Assembly (NCBI GenBank): GCA_013115145.1
Contig: JAAPAO010000275.1
Coordinates: 1-44,057 of the forward strand
From: Perkinsus chesapeaki ATCC PRA-425
Lineage: Eukaryota > Protista > Perkinsozoa
Reading direction: 5' to 3'
Length of the DNA stretch: 44,057 nucleotides
Shown: piece after piece, positions 12,961 through 25,460 of the stretch
Layout: each line of letters starts with the position of its first letter
Numbering within the stretch: the stretch's first letter is position 1
Made by a program: the position numbers and the translations under genes
Notes under the pieces: generated by a model
Told to the model about the DNA's origin: nothing
What the model saw: the letters and a program-made list of their open reading frames with translations, nothing else
Databases searched by the model: none

Positions 12961-13459
12961 TATCATATAATAATCGTTTACTTCAAATATGTTCAAACCA
13001 GCACTCACGAAAAATGTAAATAAAACTCACCCCTCTGACTCCTCGCCACCCGATTCTGCATCGCTGTCCTCGCTACTAAAAAACAAAACATTAAAATAAT
13101 TCCTAACAAATGCTGTTGCTAAATTTTTCTTCATATATCGATCGCTATAAGACCACACAGCCTGCTGCTGCTCCGGACTTATATCATCAATTTACATTTT
13201 TACCATTCTCTCTTCACATTTGGATTTTTGCTTTCCGAAGGAGCCGGGATGTCATACTTCTTCGGTATTGCTTCCACTAACTATCCCTTTCCGAACAATT
13301 CGAGACCAGCGCACAAGTGCTTTTGGAGGAAAAGTGGAACAGGTTGAGTAGAGGAATTCGATTTTGCAGTCTTAAATAATATCACATTTTATAAATAAAA
13401 AATACAACGCGAAACAATGTAAATTTTTTCTATAACATTTTCGAAGCCAATCTACAGTC

Positions 13460-16100
13460 AAATTTACCTTGGTCGTCTACCAAATTAGACAAAAAATATT
13501 CAACTCATTAATACTAATCGAAAATAATAAATAAAATACTCTCTCCGCGGATCGAACCCACAACCTACCTTTCATCAAAATAAGACGACTCTTCCGAGGA
13601 TTCTTCAACAGCTTCATTTCCCCCAAACCCAATCAACGATGCAATCGTTCCTCTAATAGTTCTCCGAGCTAATAAATAAATCGATCACCTGGGCGAGCGC
13701 TTCTTACCAAACGTCTTACGTATTGTATTTCGCTCCTCAACTTTAGGGGGCATATTCGCCTGAAAATGCGAAACATTTCGCACTTCGCTCCGCTAAGATG
13801 AATACCTTCAATGCCTCGAGTTTCTTTCGACTTGCCTTTGCATTTGCGCGAAGCTGAAATCGATCGCTTGATCGATTTGTTAATCGATTATCCTTTGCTA
13901 CCTTTTTTCTGTATCCACTCGTGCAGCTGAATGCCACCCAAGAGAGGATAAGAATGAAAATTAAAAATGCTATTGTCACCATACGGGTAAATCTGACAGC
14001 AGAAATTTACAGAAAATTTCCGGAAAATTTCAGAAAAAAAGTTTTTTTCAAAAAACTACTTTCTTTCTGATTGGAAAATCGCGTTTCTTTCTTCTCCCTT
14101 TGTATGTTGCTTTGATACACAATCGGAGTCCTCGGAAGTCCACCACGTTGGCAAGTGTAAAAGGAAAAATTTTAAGTTTTTCCGGGAAATTTACGAAAAA
14201 TTGTTTCTTCCATAAGCACTCCCTCTTACCTGACAATCGCTCGCATTGAACAAGATTCTTTGAAGTTCCTGACGAATTCCAAAATGTTACCATCTGAACA
14301 ATCAGTGGCGACTTCTATTTGGCCTTGAGCGTCTCGGGACATGAGAAGCCTGAGGTCGGAGCATGCAAGATACGAAATAGGTCGAGTAAGATATATCACG
14401 CGTGAAGATAGCGAATCTAAGGTTGGAGCATGCACGATACGAAATAGGTCAAGTAAGATATGTCATGCGTGAAGATAGCGAATCTAAGGTTAGAGCGTGC
14501 AAGATACGAAATAGGTCAAGTAAGATATGTCATGCGTGAAAATAGCGAATCTAAGGTTGGAGCGTGCAAGATACGAAATAGGTCAAGTAAGATATGTCAT
14601 GCGTGAAAATAGCGAATCTAAGGTTGGAGAGTGTAAGATACGAAATAGGTCAAGTAAGATATGTCATGNNNNNNNNNNNNNNNNNNNNNNNNNNNNNNNN
14701 NNNNNNNNNNNNNNNNNNNNNNNNNNNNNNNNNNNNNNNNNNNNNNNNNNNNNNNNNNNNNNNNNNNGCGTGAAAATAGCGAATCTAAGGTTGGAGAGTG
14801 TAAGATAGATAGTAGTTCGGGATGAATACTTCCACCTATCCACAAGTGTGCTAGATTACCTAACCCGATAGGTAACAACTTGCTGCCAACAAGTCATATC
14901 CTACGTTGAAGCGTGCAAGATCCATAATGACTCAGACTTACTGCCCTCCTTCACTGCTGGCTGTCAACCCCGGTGTTCCAACCATCCTCCCATTTCCTTC
15001 AACCACCGGAGCCAGAGCGTTATATTCTGAAACTCGCCGAGATCAGAGAAAAGATCGGTATGAGATTTCCTTACGAGTTCGAACGTCGCTTGTCTTGTAC
15101 TTCGGGAGCCGCCAAATAACCGTCTCCGGAAGATCCACTCGCTGAGGGATTAGCTCTGAGGGAAAAAATATTAATCGATCAACTGATCGATTTTACACCC
15201 CTTTCGTCACTTTAAAAATTTGTTTGAAACTTCGAAACATTTCGCGGCAAAACCAACTTCCCATGGAAGATGAGATTCGATGGACATTTCCGGAATTATG
15301 AAGAATAACTGCTTACCTATTCCGGAATCTTCGATCGACACCGGGTCACCTCCGACCAAATGCGGACGTCTTTCGTATCGAACTGGTTTGTCCGATAAGT
15401 CGGTATTCAATAACCGAACAATCAGGGCGCTCCTCCAACCAGCCTGATAAGAGGAAAAGTCACCTATTCCTTCATGATGCACGCTTCAAGCTAGGATTCT
15501 CTCACCTCTGGATCACCAGAAGGACATTCCCCTACTGCTACGCACTCGCAAGATTTGCTCCACATGCAAGTCATATCTAACAATCGAAGGGTCCCGAGTT
15601 CGATCCCGGTGATCATCATTTTACTTTTCTTATTGAAACTGACAAATTCAAAATTGTTCCCCACATGCTCCCGAGTATATTGCGCACAGGCAAGAATCTG
15701 ACAAGATACTCTTACAATCGTCACGCGCCACTTAATTACCGAATCGATTCCTAGTCGGCTCCTCGTGTCAACGTGCCCGGCAAAATCAGGACAAACTCCT
15801 GCTACATCGGGCTGGTCAAATTCTGAAAAATGGCGGAAAGTTTCGGAAGTTGCGAAATGAAGCAAAAAATTTTACAGAACTTTTCCAGAAACGATCATCA
15901 GAAGTGTGATAAGATCTGTACGCGAAAACAGAAAAAAATGTGAAATTGTAAATTTCACTGAAATTCTGCGGGAAAATTTTTCCCCAAAGTTTTCCTCACC
16001 TTTCAGCCGAAGACTCATGACCGCGTTCGCCACGAAATTATACACCACCAGCCGCCTCATAAAAAAGTAATAGCTGCAACAACAGTGAGCCAACAGCGTT
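13460..16100 (-). CDS. Multi-exon membrane protein with a Cys-containing (PAN-like?) region and one TM helix
   Basis: Spliced frame ..GIDS|ILACAQYTREHVGNNFEFVSFNKK|NMTCMWSKSCEC..DPE|AGWRSALIV.. TM segment VTIAFLIFILILSWVAF. Then LK|ANMPPKVEERNTIRKTF|ARRTIRG..SSYFDE. Ends uncertain. Confidence 0.55.
14361..14805. repeat. Minisatellite, 67-bp unit, at least 5-6 copies, with an N gap, derived from intron family A
   Basis: Equivalent positions at 14368, 14435, 14502, 14569 and 14636. Minus-strand unit begins TTGACCTATTTCGTATCTTGCAYGCTCCAACCTTAGAT. Confidence 0.9.
15577..15624 (-). other. Probable intron consisting of an antisense tRNA 3' half (family B)
   Basis: Plus strand CT AAC AA TCGAA GGGTC CCGAG TTCGATC CCGGT GATCATC A TTTT AC. 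On the minus strand this is GTAAAA..TTAG (48 nt, in frame, so not proven by frame). Confidence 0.6.
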
Positions 16101-16250
16101 GAGGAAACACAAGATCCGGCAAGATTGCAAGATTCCCAAGACTAACGCTCATGATCGGCATGAAACGGTATAAGTATAGTACGTACCAAATTACAGTCCT
16201 GAGAAAGCGTTGGGTAAATGCAAGCGCGAGCAAGATTGCAAGATTTACTG

Positions 16251-19200
16251 TTAGAATATGACAATATCAGATTTACTGAGAAGATCCACTCGTCCATCGA
16301 TACCGCCAACAGCCATGTAGTTCGAATTCCGATGTATAGAGAGAAGTGCCGAGCTTGAAGGGGAGTTATTGAATTGACCTAAAAAATATCTTTTGGGATT
16401 GAAAGAGTTAAGGAACAAAAGATATCTTTGAGGTTGAGATTGCAAGATACGTTACAGGTCAACTTTACCTTCTAAAAGAGCTATTTCAGCTTGAGAGTAC
16501 ATGAAACCGTCAGGTATCCTATCTCATGCTTTACACTTACCCTAGAGTTGTCTCATGCGGAAAATATTAAATTGAATAACATTTTTGGTAGGAAAAATCG
16601 ACTGGAATTTCAGCGCTTATATAGCTATTATACCACACAGACGCGCCGCTTCCTCTCTAATAAACTTCCCACAACACCCACAGTTACTAAAGCTAGCGAA
16701 TCAGGGGTGTCATTTGCCTGAGACATAAAAATACAATGTGTCTTAGCGGGGATCAGTGTTCCTAATGCGCAGTAGATAGAATGGCAATACGTTCCAAGAT
16801 CAAAAGTAAACATAAAATACATTACTTCTGAGACAGGAATGACTTTCATTGGAAATCAACCCGAATTTTTCCCGTAACATCTTCCGCGCCCCACTCTGCG
16901 CGGTTAATCGATTACTGCATAGCTAATGCTCCCCCCAAAAAGCTGTAGACCAGAAATAAGCCTTTGTTGAATCTTTTCCCGCCTTGAGTTCATGCCTGTG
17001 AGTGAACCACTAGCAGGTGATGGTGATTATAGTGATAGTGTTAATAAAAAGCAAAGAAGCAATGAGTACTATAAATTTATGATAATGAGCAGTGGGTTTC
17101 CGCGAGCTTCAGGACAGTGCAGCTATAACGGCAAAAAAACCGTTCATCGCGATTTACGGAAAATTATCAATTTTCCGTGAAGTTGAAGCGAAGAACTGAG
17201 TTCTTACGCAGTTGTAAAACTTTGGTGGGCATTTCGAGCCCATCGTCAATCTCGCCAATCGATTCCATACTGAGGCTCTCACTTGATGATTTTAGGGACT
17301 TACGCATATCCCAGAATCTAAAGATACAAAATAGGTTGACTTGGTCAAATAGAGGAAAGATACAAAATAGGTTGACTTGGTCAAATAGAGGAANNNNNNN
17401 NNNNNNNNNNNNNNNNNNNNNNNNNNNNNNNNNNNNNNNNNNNNNNNNNNNNNNNNNNNNNNNNNNNNNNNNNNNNNNNNNNNNNNNNNNNNACAAAATA
17501 GGTTGACTTGGTCAAATAGAGGAAAGATACAAAATAGGTTGACTTGGTCAAATAGAGGAAAGATAGAAAATAGGTTGACTTGATCAAATAGAGGAAAGAT
17601 ACAAAATAGGTTGACTTGGTCAAATAGAGGAAAGATACAAAATAGGTTGACTTGGTCAAATAGAGGAAAGATACAAAATAGGTTGACTTGGTTAAATGCA
17701 GGAAAGATACAAAATAGGTTGTCTTGGTCGAATAGAGGTAAGTAACACACTCCAGCGTATCTTTCGATATCACGCAAAAAAACGGGGTCGGCCTAAGATT
17801 CGGTACAATACATAATCGGGCCGACCTAATATGAAGCCAAAATATCTTCCATTATCATGAAAACCCCGGGTCGACCTAAGATATCCATCAAGTGATGTTC
17901 CAGCAACTTCCCATTGTTCCGCATTCAATCCAGTAACAGCCGCATCGCTTTCATCATCTCCTCCACCAGATACAATATTCGCCTCAATATCAATGCATCT
18001 CACACTTCCATCAGAACAACCAGCGAAAACTGAAAAACAAAAAATGCTTCGCTCCGCTTGGCAAGGAGTATCAAATTTGGAAATTCACTCGACGGATATA
18101 GAACGCTACGTGAAAACTATTCAATAAATTACTCTCAAAATCGAGAACAAAAAACGCTTCGCTCCGCCAGACGTAAACTCAAATTTGTTCAAGACAACGC
18201 CCTTTCGCAGAAAGAAATAATTAGCCTAAATTACTAGCCAAATTTCATCTCTTAAAAGCAAGCCCTTGCTGAAAAACGGGAAACAAAAAACGCTTCGCTC
18301 CGCTCATATCTTACCACACTTTCCTCCATTGGCACTATTTTGTGCTACTTCCAAACAAGTTATCGGTGCACCGGATTCCAATGGAGCAGTTCTGCTGATA
18401 AACTTCCCACTGTGAATATCAACACTCCCGACCGTGCCATCAACAAACCCGATCACTAGCTTGTTACTCACATCAGAGGGGTGCCTGAGCATATCGATCA
18501 CGTGATCGATTGCAACAATCACCGCCAATTGGCCATCAATGAGTTTACCACATTCCAGTGCTTTTCACGGGTTTGTGTGAGCCATTTATTTTTCTCATTT
18601 TCCCGCCTATTTTTACGGGAAAAGGAATTGTGAAAATTTTCAGAATATAAATTTTCCGCTCATTTTTTTTGACCAATTTCCAGCTGATTTCAGAAAATTT
18701 TTCTAGGAGACCTTCCTCGTCGCCGACGAGTCGTCGGCCTCGAAAGCTTCTCCATCCTCCCGAGCACAATTAATTTTAATGAAGGTATTCCCCAAAAGAT
18801 ATGTGCCGTCTTTTAGCTCAAATCAGTTAGACGGACAAGCGTTGCCATAAATACAGTACAACAACACTGATATCAGTAATTACCGATGAAATTATAAACT
18901 TAAAGGACTATAAATTCGATCTTCCTTTCTCCACTCTCAACTTGGCCAACATTATTGCGCTGGCCATGATATGATCTATATCGCAGCGACATACAACGAC
19001 GATCGAATGTGAAGTCGACACCATCATTTTCAAACTATTCCCGCGTTTTTCCCTTTTATCCATTGCCGAACAGAAACTCTTTTCGTCCGGATTTTTCTTT
19101 CAGGCAGAACGCCTGCTTTTAAATTAAAAAATATCTCCCCCACCGGGATCGAACCCGCGACCTTTCGCTTACCAGCACAGCGCGCTCGGCGTGACCGTCT

Positions 19201-22200
19201 TCCCCTCTTCAACCAGCTTGAATCTCTGAGCCAGTAATTGTAAGAATGCCACGTCTTCATTCCCTGGGGAAAAATCCCGGAATTTTTCGGGAAAAAATAC
19301 CTCCATTCGGGGCGGAGACTTTCCAGACGCACGCGGTTCCATCGCTGCTGCTGGTGGCGAGAAGACTGAAAATTAACAACAGGAAAATAATGAAAGAAAA
19401 ATTACCGAAAAGTCACAGGAAATTCGGGAAAATTCTGGACCTCGCGAGAACACTGGAATTGAAGAACTCCAAAAAACTTTCTGAACATTTCATGTGAAAA
19501 AATGAGGAGTCTGACGAAGATTTGCAGGGAAATGTCCAAGCCTACCAATCTTCAGTTTTTCCAAGTCGAACAGACCAAACAGAATCCTCATGTCGGCAAA
19601 CTTCTTCTGTTTTTACAAGAGCGGCAATTTCGCGGCGCGGTGACAAAGCTCTGACCTCTACGCCCGAGGGTGGCAAACGATACATAGATACCTGAAGTAT
19701 ATTCCATTTACAGCTAATTCACCGTCGTAATAATGGAGGATAGTATTAGTGATGGAGTGCCACACTTCCACCTATCTCACCAAGCCCAGCAATATCTTTA
19801 TTAATGCCGTCAATGCCAAAGTCAAATTTCACAAATTATGCAATTAAGGCTAATTTTCATACTATTTTCGACAAGTGATCATTCCGCTGCACTCTATAGC
19901 TCCATACTAGTAATCAGTACTAGTGGGTTAGATCGATCACCAGGGCGCGCGCTTTAGCTCATCTCACCACTCCGTCGGCCCTGCCAGCGATAATCGTTCG
20001 ATCATCTTCCCGATAAGCCATCGAAAGGACACCAGACGCTCCCCCACGAAGACATAACGGATCATCCAACGTGATTCCTAAGAATAGTGATATCTTGCAA
20101 TCTTGCTCCCACTTGCATTTCCTTAACGCTTACCTCGAGGTGAAGTGGTATCGGATTCAGGTTCGATGGAAGTTGGTAGATGCCATACCTTGATAATGGC
20201 ATCTTCTGAGCCTAAATGGGATGCATCTTGCACGCTTCAAGCCCGGATTCTCCAAATCGATCGATGGACCGATTTACTCACCAGTCAATAGAGTCTTTCC
20301 ATCATCCACAACCATACAGCTCCTCACTGCTCCCAAGTGGGCATTTATTCTAGCGGTAGAGCGCCACTCCTTCGAACCCTCTGTTGGCGAACCCGCGCAA
20401 GTTCCATGCCGGGGGGAGGCCTTTTTCAAAGGCGGTGGAAGCGACCCCTAAGATCGAAAGAAATTTCCAGAGGCTCAAGAAATCGCATAAAAAGTATTTT
20501 GGCTGAGTTCAGAGTCAGCGACTTGCATTATACAACGAGGGATATCTGTAGGTCATACAACAAAGAGATGTAATTGAAAAGTGAATCGATTGTCGAAAAG
20601 CGCACGTTCTAGACTAAGCGCACTGCAGTTCTTTCTGTGCCAGGAAATATACTGCGATCACGCGCATCAGTCGGTCGATTGCGAAATCCTATCCTACGGC
20701 TACATTCGATTTCCGACCTCAAAAATATCTTTCTTAAACTCCAATACCACCCACCGACTACGGATTGTAAAAATTTGAGTACCTCATAGAGGTTGAATTT
20801 CCGACCTCTGGAGTATCTTTCTCAAAACCGACTACCCCAAAGCTAAGCTTCAACCTAAGATACCCTTACCGTTTTCAAATTCTCTTTGGTGGGAAATCTC
20901 GCAGCTTGCATCCATGAGGTCGGCGAGGGTGGTGCCTTCACCGCATTAGCCGCCGGACTGAATGAATTCACGTATTCCATGGTGACGATCCTGGTTCGAT
21001 TCCCGGTAGAGGAAGAATCATCAAATTATAATTATTTCCCGTAAATTATATCAATTCATTTCCTCGAGAACGAAACCGTAAATGAAACTTTGGGAAATTT
21101 AAACAGTTTTTCCAATCTCTATTTTTCCTATATTCCGCCCTTCTGCCATTTCCCCACAAGTGATAGATTTGAGTTTTCTGTAATTCAATTATCAATCGTG
21201 AATTTGCAACACTTCATTAATTAATCGAATGGATGTGGAATTCGGAAACAATCCCCATGATCTACTTGGGAATATCTTAGCTCGAAGCCTGCAAGATATA
21301 AAATAGCTCAGCCCTAGTGCCTCACCTTTTCAAAGTATTTCCTGATTTCGGCGACTTCCCTCCACTCTGAAGCCGCGTCGAGTTACCCATCCGAACCCGA
21401 CCCTCGCTTCCGCCAAGACTCGTCCTGCTCGGACTTGATTGCAGACTTTTACGTATGTAACTGGTAAGACTAATATAATCGATCACCTGATCGATTTCCC
21501 AACTTACTCTCTAAATTCATCAGCACTTGCTCTCGCCGAGGCCATTGGAGAGGGATTCTGACTCGACGTTGTGCTACCGAGTGCTCCCAAGTGCGCACGA
21601 AGCGCTTCGACCGGCGAAACCGGAAATGACGAAATCGAAACCGTTTCGCTCCGCTCAGAAATCGGCGGTGTTGCGCTCACTTCTCTATCAATCTCCGAGC
21701 CTGATAAATTGCCAAAAAAACATAGAAATATTTTTTCCGAAATTATCCTTGATAAATATTATTAAAAATTAAATTGAGTAAACTACAGCGAGCGTTACCT
21801 GCCTCCCTCGGCTGAGACGTAAAACGATAAAATCTCTAATGCTGGTGGATGAACGAAATAGACCGGAATTTTCAAAAATTTCCTCAAATTTCCCCCAGAT
21901 TTTTAACATTTTTTTCTGCACCAAAACCTGTAGTCGACCACGCTTGCCTCCCAAGAACACTCCGCATAGTAGATACTTCATCAGAGACTCATCTACCCTC
22001 ACGGATAGATGTTCCTCGTTGACCCAAAACGAGGTGCTCTTAATGCGCAGTAGATAGAATGGCAATACGTTCCAAAACATAAATTACATTACTTCTGGGA
22101 CAGGAGTGACTTTCGTTGGAAATTAGTCCGAATCTTTCCCGCATGAACTTCTGCGACTCCAAAGCTTTCGCATTGAACATCTGGCTCTGCCGTCCAGTAT

Positions 22201-22500
22201 CCAATACCACATAAATTTATAAAAATCAATTTCGACTTCCCGAAAACCGCGCTTAATCACCACCTTCTTTCCGCTGTAAGATCTCCACGGTTGCTCGCTC
22301 CCTTTTCAATGCGAATTCCAACATACTTATCCGTCTCAGATAATCTTCCGCTTTCGCACTCTCAGCCTCGGCCACCTCCTCAGCTTTCTGGCATCTCTTC
22401 ACTAATTCGTATCTTACAAAGATAATTTAACGTGCTCATTTCATCAATACGCCGCTGACTTCTAGAGACTGTATTAACTCTGCCGCACTGCATCTCGAGC
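16251..22500 (-). CDS. STRN: Striatin-like protein (N-terminal coiled coil, C-terminal WD40 repeats), multi-exon; start uncertain
   Basis: DYLRRISMLEFALKRERA is the striatin coiled-coil signature. WD repeats AHLGAVRSCMVVDDGKTLLTG|SEDAIIKVWHL, HEDSVWSVRL, LLATSSSDGTACVWKV, TPSALCW|HPSDVSNKLVIGFVDGTV, VFAGCSDGSVRCID, GTSLDGYLR|FWDM, YMAVGGIDGRVDLL..*. The order matches my recollection of striatin. Confidence 0.8.
17320..17730. repeat. Intronic minisatellite, 36-bp unit, with an N gap, related to the 5' half of family A
   Basis: AGATACAAAATAGGTTGACTTGGTCAAATAGAGGAA repeated. Lies in striatin intron 17318-17875. Confidence 0.9.
18485..19172 (-). other. Striatin intron beginning with a tRNA 3' half (family B) and ending with a family D palindrome
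   Basis: Exon ..CTG|GTAA GCGAA AGGTC GCGGG TTCGATC CCGGT GGGGAGA TATTTTTT. Removal gives the WD-consistent ALCW|HPSD. Confidence 0.8.
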
Positions 22501-22655
22501 TCGGCTTTAACATTTCGAACATGGAAGCACCTCAATTAAGGTCTTCACCAAAACCCTATTGAACCAGTATTATTAAACAAGTAGGTAATAATAACGCTAA
22601 AATATGATGTATAGTATTACTATAGCTCATAAGCAGTATGTAGTAATTGTATACT

Positions 22656-22990
22656 ACTTGTTAGTATACTATACACTGTATTAGCATAGCAGTAAGTATA
22701 CAGTACTTGTTAGTATACTATACACTGTATTAGCATAGCAGTAAGTATACAGTACTTGTTAGTATACTATACACTGTATTAGCATAGCAGTAAGTATACA
22801 GTACTTGTTAGTATACTATNNNNNNNNNNNNNNNNNNNNNNNNNNNNNNNNNNNNNNNNNNNNNNNNNNNNNNNNNNNNNNNNNNNNNNNNNNNNNNNNN
22901 NNNNNNNNNNNNNNNNNNATTAGCATAGCAGTAAGTATACAGTACTTGTTAGTATACTATACACTGTATTAGCATAGCAGTAAGTATACA
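22656..22990. repeat. Tandem repeat, 49-bp unit, with an N gap
   Basis: ACTTGTTAGTATACTATACACTGTATTAGCATAGCAGTAAGTATACAGT at 22656, 22705 and 22754, and again after the gap. Confidence 0.9.
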
Positions 22991-22999
22991 GCCCGAATT

Positions 23000-24600
23000 C
23001 AACCACACCTACTACTGAAGCTGCACTATTCGGTACTAGATGAAGTTTATTGGAAAAGCAACCCAAATGGTCGCAATGAATTCTACCATCATTCGCGCTT
23101 TACTGGAAAGAGATCCAGACACCAATGCCCCTAGACACAGAGACCTCTAAGCTACTCTGGGGATCTCTCCGTTCTCTTCAGCAGCTAACTACTTTATCAC
23201 AGTCAAATAAGCAGGAAATAAGTACTTTTTAAACACGCTCAGCAACGTCGTGAAATGCTAAAAAGAGAACGCAGTTCATATTTTAACATCATTCAAGACA
23301 CATATTCCTCCTTGATCCAAAGGATCTCCCCCGGAAGTATGTGACATGCGTTCACGACACTACCTTTCCAGGTCGGCTTCTGCCTGGTCACGTGCAAGAT
23401 GCCTCTTCAAGTCCTGAAGGTCTCGTACAACCTGGAAGATACGATCGCATTATCAACATTTAAGAGACATATGACCTCACTGTAGAGATTTATGAAGATA
23501 TGTTCGCACTACAAAGTTTTCAAAGATACGAAAAATATATTTTTACGTTTGAAAATCAGAGGATCCCAGGAAGGCAATAATAAACGGAACAACAACGGGT
23601 ACTAATTTAGTACCATCCTTCTGCCTCCCATAAAGCATCTTATTTTCCATGAAAAGCACGCTTCAAGCTATACGATATGAAATAGAGAAGCCAGCCAGTG
23701 GCTATATACTACAAGGGCGATGAACTACTGAAACATGTTGCAGTCAAGGATACTTTCACCGCGGAGATGATTAATTTGGAAAATAAGGCACCCTTGCGAG
23801 CACGACATAGTAAAAAGTAATTCACTCACATTTGAGTAATTAATCGTAATGAAATGTGTTAACAATTTATATAAAATTATTATGTAATTAAATTAATATT
23901 ATTAATGAACGCTCAAGAGTCTGGAGGAATCTCTGAGTAGTAGAGTAACTAATATTCAATGTTGATTCGCCATCTCAAAGTGTGACTAATTTTACAATAT
24001 ATAATTTGCCCATTATCACCTTTTCAATCAATAAAGTGGCAACATCATTCACAGACTTCCTTCCACCTTCGACGCGATGATGATGACCGACAGCAGAAGA
24101 TGCATCCATGGTCATTATCGAAAGATACTTCGGAGGTCGGAAATACAACCTCAGTGAGCTTTCCAAGGGAATAGGAAATGCGTTTTAGCTGGATAATCTT
24201 GGATTTTGAGAAAGATATTTTTGAGGTCGCGATTGAACCTACGTGGTCGATTGGATGATTTGGATGGAGGAGCTGATTTACACTCGGACGGCTTAGTCTA
24301 TTGCGTTAACTCAAATATCTCGAGGTCGAGTGTGCAAGATTCAGTCGAGGTTTAACGAATGGTCGAGGGTGAAATTAATTTAAATTGAGGATCATTTCGA
24401 TCCGTGGAGTGCACTAGTCAACCTAATCGTTATTCCTGTGACCGACACATGATATAGAGCTGTATGGTATCTAACGCTGAAGCATGCAAGATGCAACAAT
24501 AGTTCCACCATCGTTTTCGATCACTTACTTTTCAGGCGAGCGCGCTAATGAATAGCTTATCGCGCGCCTCAAAATCGTTCGCTGGAAATATACAATTCCC
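23000..24600 (-). CDS. Possible multi-exon hypothetical gene or pseudogene
   Basis: Exon-like VVRDLQDLKRHLARDQAEADLE between AG and GT, plus several family A introns oriented on the minus strand. Not fully reconstructed. Confidence 0.3.
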
Positions 24601-24674
24601 GTTCACGAAAAATCATTCCGGGTCGTATCTTAGCTTGAAGCAAACATGATTCATATCAGGTTAATACGCTGTAC

Positions 24675-25273
24675 ATGTTATCCTTCATTTCCCTTATCGC
24701 CGTCGCTCTCTCTGCACCCAAGCCTGGCCACTACAAGATGATCCAAGGCGATTATAGCTTCAAAAAAATAACCAATATTGAAATCGATATCGCTGATTAT
24801 AAACGTAGGCAGCTCGCCAATCTGACATTTGTTTCTGACACTTCTAGCCGTGAGATCAAGAATGCCCACCTCTGCAAGATGCTTGACAGCTTGAAGGCCC
24901 TTGACTTTCTGACCAGAAAAAATGTGCTACCTTCGCAACCTGCGCCTCCTGCCCTGACCGAGACCAGCAGAGTGATGATTTCAAGCAACTTAAATCAGTC
25001 GGTTCCGGGGATTTGACCTACGTGACGGCTCACGCATCATTCATCTGCGAGGATGGTGACAATATAGCGTTTTTGATCTCCAATTCGCATATGAAGAGCC
25101 CCGATGCTTTCGTACGTGTTAAGCTCGAAAGGGTTCACGACGACCATGAAGATGATAGTAACGAATTTAAAGGGGCAGAAATCGATAGGGTTTACGATGG
25201 CAAGGTTAAAGGTGCTGGAAAAAGAAAAGCTTATACCCCAATTAAATATGTAAAACGTGTAAGAGTGGAATAG
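24675..25273 (+). pseudogene. Intronless secreted-type protein split by a 1-base frameshift
   Basis: Signal peptide MLSFISLIAVALS followed by APKPGHY. A second frame is open from about 24905 (KCATFATCASCPDRD..TYVTAHASFICEDG..VRVE*). The shift maps near the A6 run at 24917-24922. Confidence 0.55.
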
Positions 25274-25460
25274 GCGTGAATGTTATGTAATGATGTAATG
25301 ATGATGTCAATTGTTGATAGTATAATTATCGAGTTCAAGTTCTTTTATTTGGTTAGCTGTGAACAGGCCGGTATCTTTTACCGGTGATGAATGCACTCAT
25401 CAACCTGTGTTACGCACTCTAATGAATTTTGTAGGGAAATATATTATTCTGTTTTTCCCG

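Noticed and set aside
17167-17777. ORFs with 12-aa repeats (FYLTKSTYFVSF and similar)
   Set aside because: They are translations of the 36-bp intronic minisatellite and the N gap.
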